IMG/VR virus record: IMGVR_UViG_3300033558_000008
Location: 1-26,929 of that record
Length of the DNA: 26,929 nt
Source: a virus
Lineage: Duplodnaviria; Caudoviricetes
Direction: 5' to 3' (one strand)
The notes under the pieces were generated by a model, which saw only the letters and a program-made list of their open reading frames with translations, had not been told where the DNA came from and ran no database searches. The position numbers and the translations under genes are program-made. Shown in pieces: positions 23,877-26,929 of this stretch; the first letter of the stretch is position 1; each line of letters starts with the position of its first letter.

Positions 23877-25624
23877 ATTGACACAGCCCTTAATTTATTT
23901 CCTACCATTGTGGCAGCTATTTCATGTATAGACTTCGAAATTAGGAGCCTAGGGTCTCTTGTTTTTGGTGAACCTTGCTTGAAGCCCGGTTCAAAGGTTT
24001 GATAGGGGTTTTTCATATAACTGTAGAATGCGGTTATAAGGCCTTCTCTTGATTGGGACAATCTCTCTACTTGTGGAGCTGCTGCAAATCTACCGGTTCT
24101 ATAATTTAATACACTCTTATCACTACCATTACCCATATTAGCTGAAATTACATCTTGTAAATGTGTGTTTAGAAGAACTTGTAAGTTTGCTAGGCTGTAG
24201 AAACGGCCCTGTAGGTTACGAATAGGGTTAGATTTTTTAGTAATATTTACAGGTTTAATTATATTAGATTTTTTACTAGATAATGTTTTCTGTATATTTT
24301 TACTAGCTTTAGCTATTTTTGATATACCTTGTTTAACAATAGGTATATTATTATTTAATATCTTAGTATTTAACTTTATGCTAGTTTTCTGTATCGGAGG
24401 TTTTTTATTTGTACTAATTATAGCAGCTACTGTATCACCAAAAGACTGTACTAAAGGTGTTGATCCTGGTGAATTTATAAATGTACGTATAAACTTCTCA
24501 TTAAGTAATGCAGAGGATAATGCCGCTCTTGAAGCTTTATCTGTTAAAGTTATCTGACTAGCAGTATCTTTAAGGAAGGTACCTACTTTACTTAATCCTT
24601 TTAATAGATCTTCTAATGCCTTTTTTGCCGAGGAAGTTTGATTCTCCATACGGAAAGCTCTAGGATCAGACACATGTTTATCTGATAGAGCAGATATAGC
24701 TTTACCTATATCTGTCATAACATTACCTGCTTTAGTATTTAAATCCTTTAATTGTGCTTCAGTACTTACACTAGGATTATTACTAAATACTTCTTTATCT
24801 GCAGATATAAATAAACCATAATGATCCGCTAAATTACTTGAAATATAGTCTGCATCTGCTATTAACTTAACTATAGCAGCCACTATATCTAATCCTTGTA
24901 TATCTGCTTGGTTGGGTATACTGACGGTACCTATAGGAGTAGGGTTACCAGATATTTTTAAAGAGTTACCAGTAGACTCTAGTTGTACATCAAAAAAATT
25001 CTTAGTACGAATAGCTAATATTCCTGTTAAGTGACCAGATTGAGTATTAGCTTTGAAAAAAGATACAGTATCTTTATCTGCACCTAATTTGTCATGCATA
25101 TAATCTGCTAAAAATTCTACTAATTTTCCATGGGGAATATTTTTTAAAAATAAAGTATCTTTATAGCCTTTAGCCTCAGGATTATACTTACCTAATACAG
25201 CGTATGTTTCTGTTGTATTGCTAGAAGTAAACTGTTCTATATTACCTTTATAATATTGGTTTCTTGATTCAGGCTGTGTAAATTTATCTGAAAATCCTTG
25301 TTTTGTATTATATTTATCTAATACCCATTCTGAGAATTCATCAAAATCTATTTTGGTTAGAAAAGGTACTAAATTATTAAGATTGTTTTGCGCAATACTA
25401 GGTTCTAGAACTTTACCAGTAGGGGTATAGAATACTATATTCGATAAACTAAAATCATTTCTAAGTTTATCTAAAGAGCCTCTGGTTAATAAAGATTCCT
25501 GTCTAGATGCAGTTGTAGTAAGGCTTTGACGTAATTTTTTAGCAGATAACTGAATATCTGTCTGTTTTTTTATACTTTCTACTACTCTATTAGCAAATAG
25601 GTCTGTAAATTGCTGTACACTCAT
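23873..25624 (-). CDS. Neck / tail completion protein (T5 p143-like C-terminal domain) with a long N-terminal extension, 583 aa
   Basis: C-terminal L..LLN..L...I..NMG....LNYRTGRFA...YMKNPYQTFEPG...RDPR.LI.KSI.EIA. Lies between the head completion and terminator genes. Confidence 0.8.
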   Translation of the reverse strand: MSVQQFTDLFANRVVESIKKQTDIQLSAKKLRQSLTTTASRQESLLTRGSLDKLRNDFSLSNIVFYTPTGKVLEPSIAQNNLNNLVPFLTKIDFDEFSEWVLDKYNTKQGFSDKFTQPESRNQYYKGNIEQFTSSNTTETYAVLGKYNPEAKGYKDTLFLKNIPHGKLVEFLADYMHDKLGADKDTVSFFKANTQSGHLTGILAIRTKNFFDVQLESTGNSLKISGNPTPIGTVSIPNQADIQGLDIVAAIVKLIADADYISSNLADHYGLFISADKEVFSNNPSVSTEAQLKDLNTKAGNVMTDIGKAISALSDKHVSDPRAFRMENQTSSAKKALEDLLKGLSKVGTFLKDTASQITLTDKASRAALSSALLNEKFIRTFINSPGSTPLVQSFGDTVAAIISTNKKPPIQKTSIKLNTKILNNNIPIVKQGISKIAKASKNIQKTLSSKKSNIIKPVNITKKSNPIRNLQGRFYSLANLQVLLNTHLQDVISANMGNGSDKSVLNYRTGRFAAAPQVERLSQSREGLITAFYSYMKNPYQTFEPGFKQGSPKTRDPRLLISKSIHEIAATMVGNKLRAVSI

Positions 25625-25627
25625 ATC

Positions 25628-26200
25628 TTAGCTATAATTAGCCGCATACTGATCAAGCACACGCTTGATATGCGATGGTAGATTAGTAGTAGTTACATAT
25701 TCAATCTGCACTGCATTAGTACCAGGTGCTTTATTACTATGTACTGCCATGTCATTTTTCAGGTAGTATGTAATTAGATCAAATACTGCTAGTTTTAAAT
25801 CTTCAGGTAAAACCTCGAAGCCTGCAGTATATGTTAATTTATATCCATTTACTAAATGCGGAAAGCCCTCGGGCCAAATAGAAATGATGTTATGACTAAA
25901 TTTAGAGGTAGCATAGTCAGTATACTCTACTAAGGTAGTATACGTATTGCCATAATCTGTAGAATACTCTAAGCTATTAACTGTTAGTACTGGGTACTCC
26001 TCTGGTACTAGAATATTGGTCCCACCTTCGTGGTGTTCAATCTTTGAGTCATTGACGTAGTCTACGAAGGTTCTACGGCAAATAGTCTTTACAAATTCAC
26101 TAACTTTAGGAATTAAACTATCTATTTTAATATCTTCATTAGGGCTAACCAAGCCCGCATAAGCTTTATACTCAGCTCGTGTAACTAGTGGAAGTCCCAT
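25628..26200 (-). CDS. Head completion / head-tail connector protein (T5 p144, gp6/gp15-like), 190 aa
   Basis: LVTRAEYKAY...D.KI..LIP.VS..VK..C.R.F...TYTAGF..LPEDLKLAV.DL..YY...LP.HIKRVLD.Y. Directly follows the capsid gene. SD AAGGA. Confidence 0.88.
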   Translation of the reverse strand: MGLPLVTRAEYKAYAGLVSPNEDIKIDSLIPKVSEFVKTICRRTFVDYVNDSKIEHHEGGTNILVPEEYPVLTVNSLEYSTDYGNTYTTLVEYTDYATSKFSHNIISIWPEGFPHLVNGYKLTYTAGFEVLPEDLKLAVFDLITYYLKNDMAVHSNKAPGTNAVQIEYVTTTNLPSHIKRVLDQYAANYS

Positions 26201-26244
26201 ATTATATTCCTTATATTTTTAACAAGTACTCATTAAGCACTTGT

Positions 26245-26272
26245 TAAAAATAAGAGCCTAAGCTCTTATTTT
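26245..26272 (-). terminator. Terminator-like hairpin after the major capsid gene
   Basis: Minus strand AAAATAAGAGC-ttag-GCTCTTATTTTT, starting 7 nt after the capsid stop. Confidence 0.7.
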
Positions 26273-26279
26273 AAGTTAA

Positions 26280-26929
26280 TTATACTAACCAGCGGAAAGC
26301 AGAGATTGCTTGCCCAAGGTTTGTAGTCAACTGAGTCATACCTGTACGTAAAGAAGCAACTAGTACCTTACGTTGTGTTTCAACTAGGTCTTGTGTATCA
26401 AAACGTAGTCCACGCTGGTTACCAACGATAAAGTTATTAGTAGCTACAGCAAATGCACCTACGTTAGCAATATTACCACCAGTATTAGCACCCGCTGTTT
26501 TAGCAGGAAGTTCTGCTGAAACAATAACTGAGCTTCCGCCTACCATACCAATTTGACCATTAAGTACTGTAGCTTTAGGGCCTACCTTATCCATAGTCAT
26601 AAAGTTAGTATCTTCTAATAGATCGTAATAGAATTCAGTATTAACAATAAAAGTAACATCGGCTGGGTCTAGTCCCCATGCACCCAAGTCTTTACGTAGT
26701 GCGCGAAGAATAGCAATAGTACCTGGATTAGCTACTTGAGCAGTTACAGCAGATACGTCATCATACTTAACTAGACCCTTGATAGGATCAGTACCGGCAC
26801 CGGCACCTAACATATATGCTTTGTCAACAGATTTAGCAACACGACGAACCATAGCATCACGTACGATTGGAAGTAGTGCGATTAGAGAATCTTCTTCCTC
26901 TTCATACATCATATATTCGTTAGTAGCTA
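26280..26929 (-). CDS. Major capsid protein (HK97 fold, T5 pb8-like), C-terminal part; 5' end lies outside the window
   Basis: Frame is open to the window edge (..ATNEYMMYEEEEDSLIALLPIVRDAMVRRVAKSVDKA), so ATG 26912 is internal. YYDLLED..F.T.DKVG..AT.LNGQIG and QRKVLVASLR are T5-like capsid motifs. Confidence 0.92.
   Translation of the reverse strand, partial: ATNEYMMYEEEEDSLIALLPIVRDAMVRRVAKSVDKAYMLGAGAGTDPIKGLVKYDDVSAVTAQVANPGTIAILRALRKDLGAWGLDPADVTFIVNTEFYYDLLEDTNFMTMDKVGPKATVLNGQIGMVGGSSVIVSAELPAKTAGANTGGNIANVGAFAVATNNFIVGNQRGLRFDTQDLVETQRKVLVASLRTGMTQLTTNLGQAISAFRWLV

Larger units (their letters stand above)
1..26929 (-). mobile_element. Tailed phage (siphovirus morphotype, T5-like head/neck/tube) virion morphogenesis module; no host genes or integration functions in the window
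   Basis: Co-oriented, tightly packed genes in the order capsid, head completion, neck, terminator, tube, chaperones, TMP, tail tip, fibres. No sheath gene, so the tail is inferred to be non-contractile. Confidence 0.95.

Noticed and set aside
26910-26912. ATG at 26912 as the capsid start
   Set aside because: The frame is open to the window edge and the sequence corresponds to the middle of an HK97-fold capsid protein.
1-26929. Stop-codon reassignment (alternative genetic code)
   Set aside because: The standard code gives full-length, tightly packed genes, and TAA, TAG and TGA all occur as genuine gene ends.

Overview
The window is the virion morphogenesis (late structural) region of a low-GC tailed dsDNA phage. 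All credible genes are on the minus strand and read from the right edge to the left. The order is: major capsid protein (truncated by the window), head completion protein, an enlarged neck/tail completion protein, tail terminator, major tail tube protein, two tail assembly chaperone ORFs joined by a canonical -1 slippery site (A_AAT_TTC), a 3,968-aa tape measure protein (TMP), a baseplate-hub-like protein with three inserted repeats, a central fibre/spike with a C-terminal S74 autocleaving chaperone, a small hypothetical protein, a Dit-like protein, an Ala/Thr/Ser-repeat side fibre, a 108-aa fibre-associated protein and a truncated putative adhesin. Head, neck, tube and the TMP N-terminus look T5-like (Demerecviridae-related), but the tail tip does not, so the virion appears chimeric. 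The most unusual element is the giant mosaic TMP: it has two TMP C-terminal-type motifs, 28-aa and 24-aa periodic repeat arrays, and about five DUF4214-like helical repeats. Three sigma70-type promoters are visible, two overlapped by perfect inverted repeats, along with several terminators and hairpins. All family assignments come from motif recognition and synteny; no database search was run.
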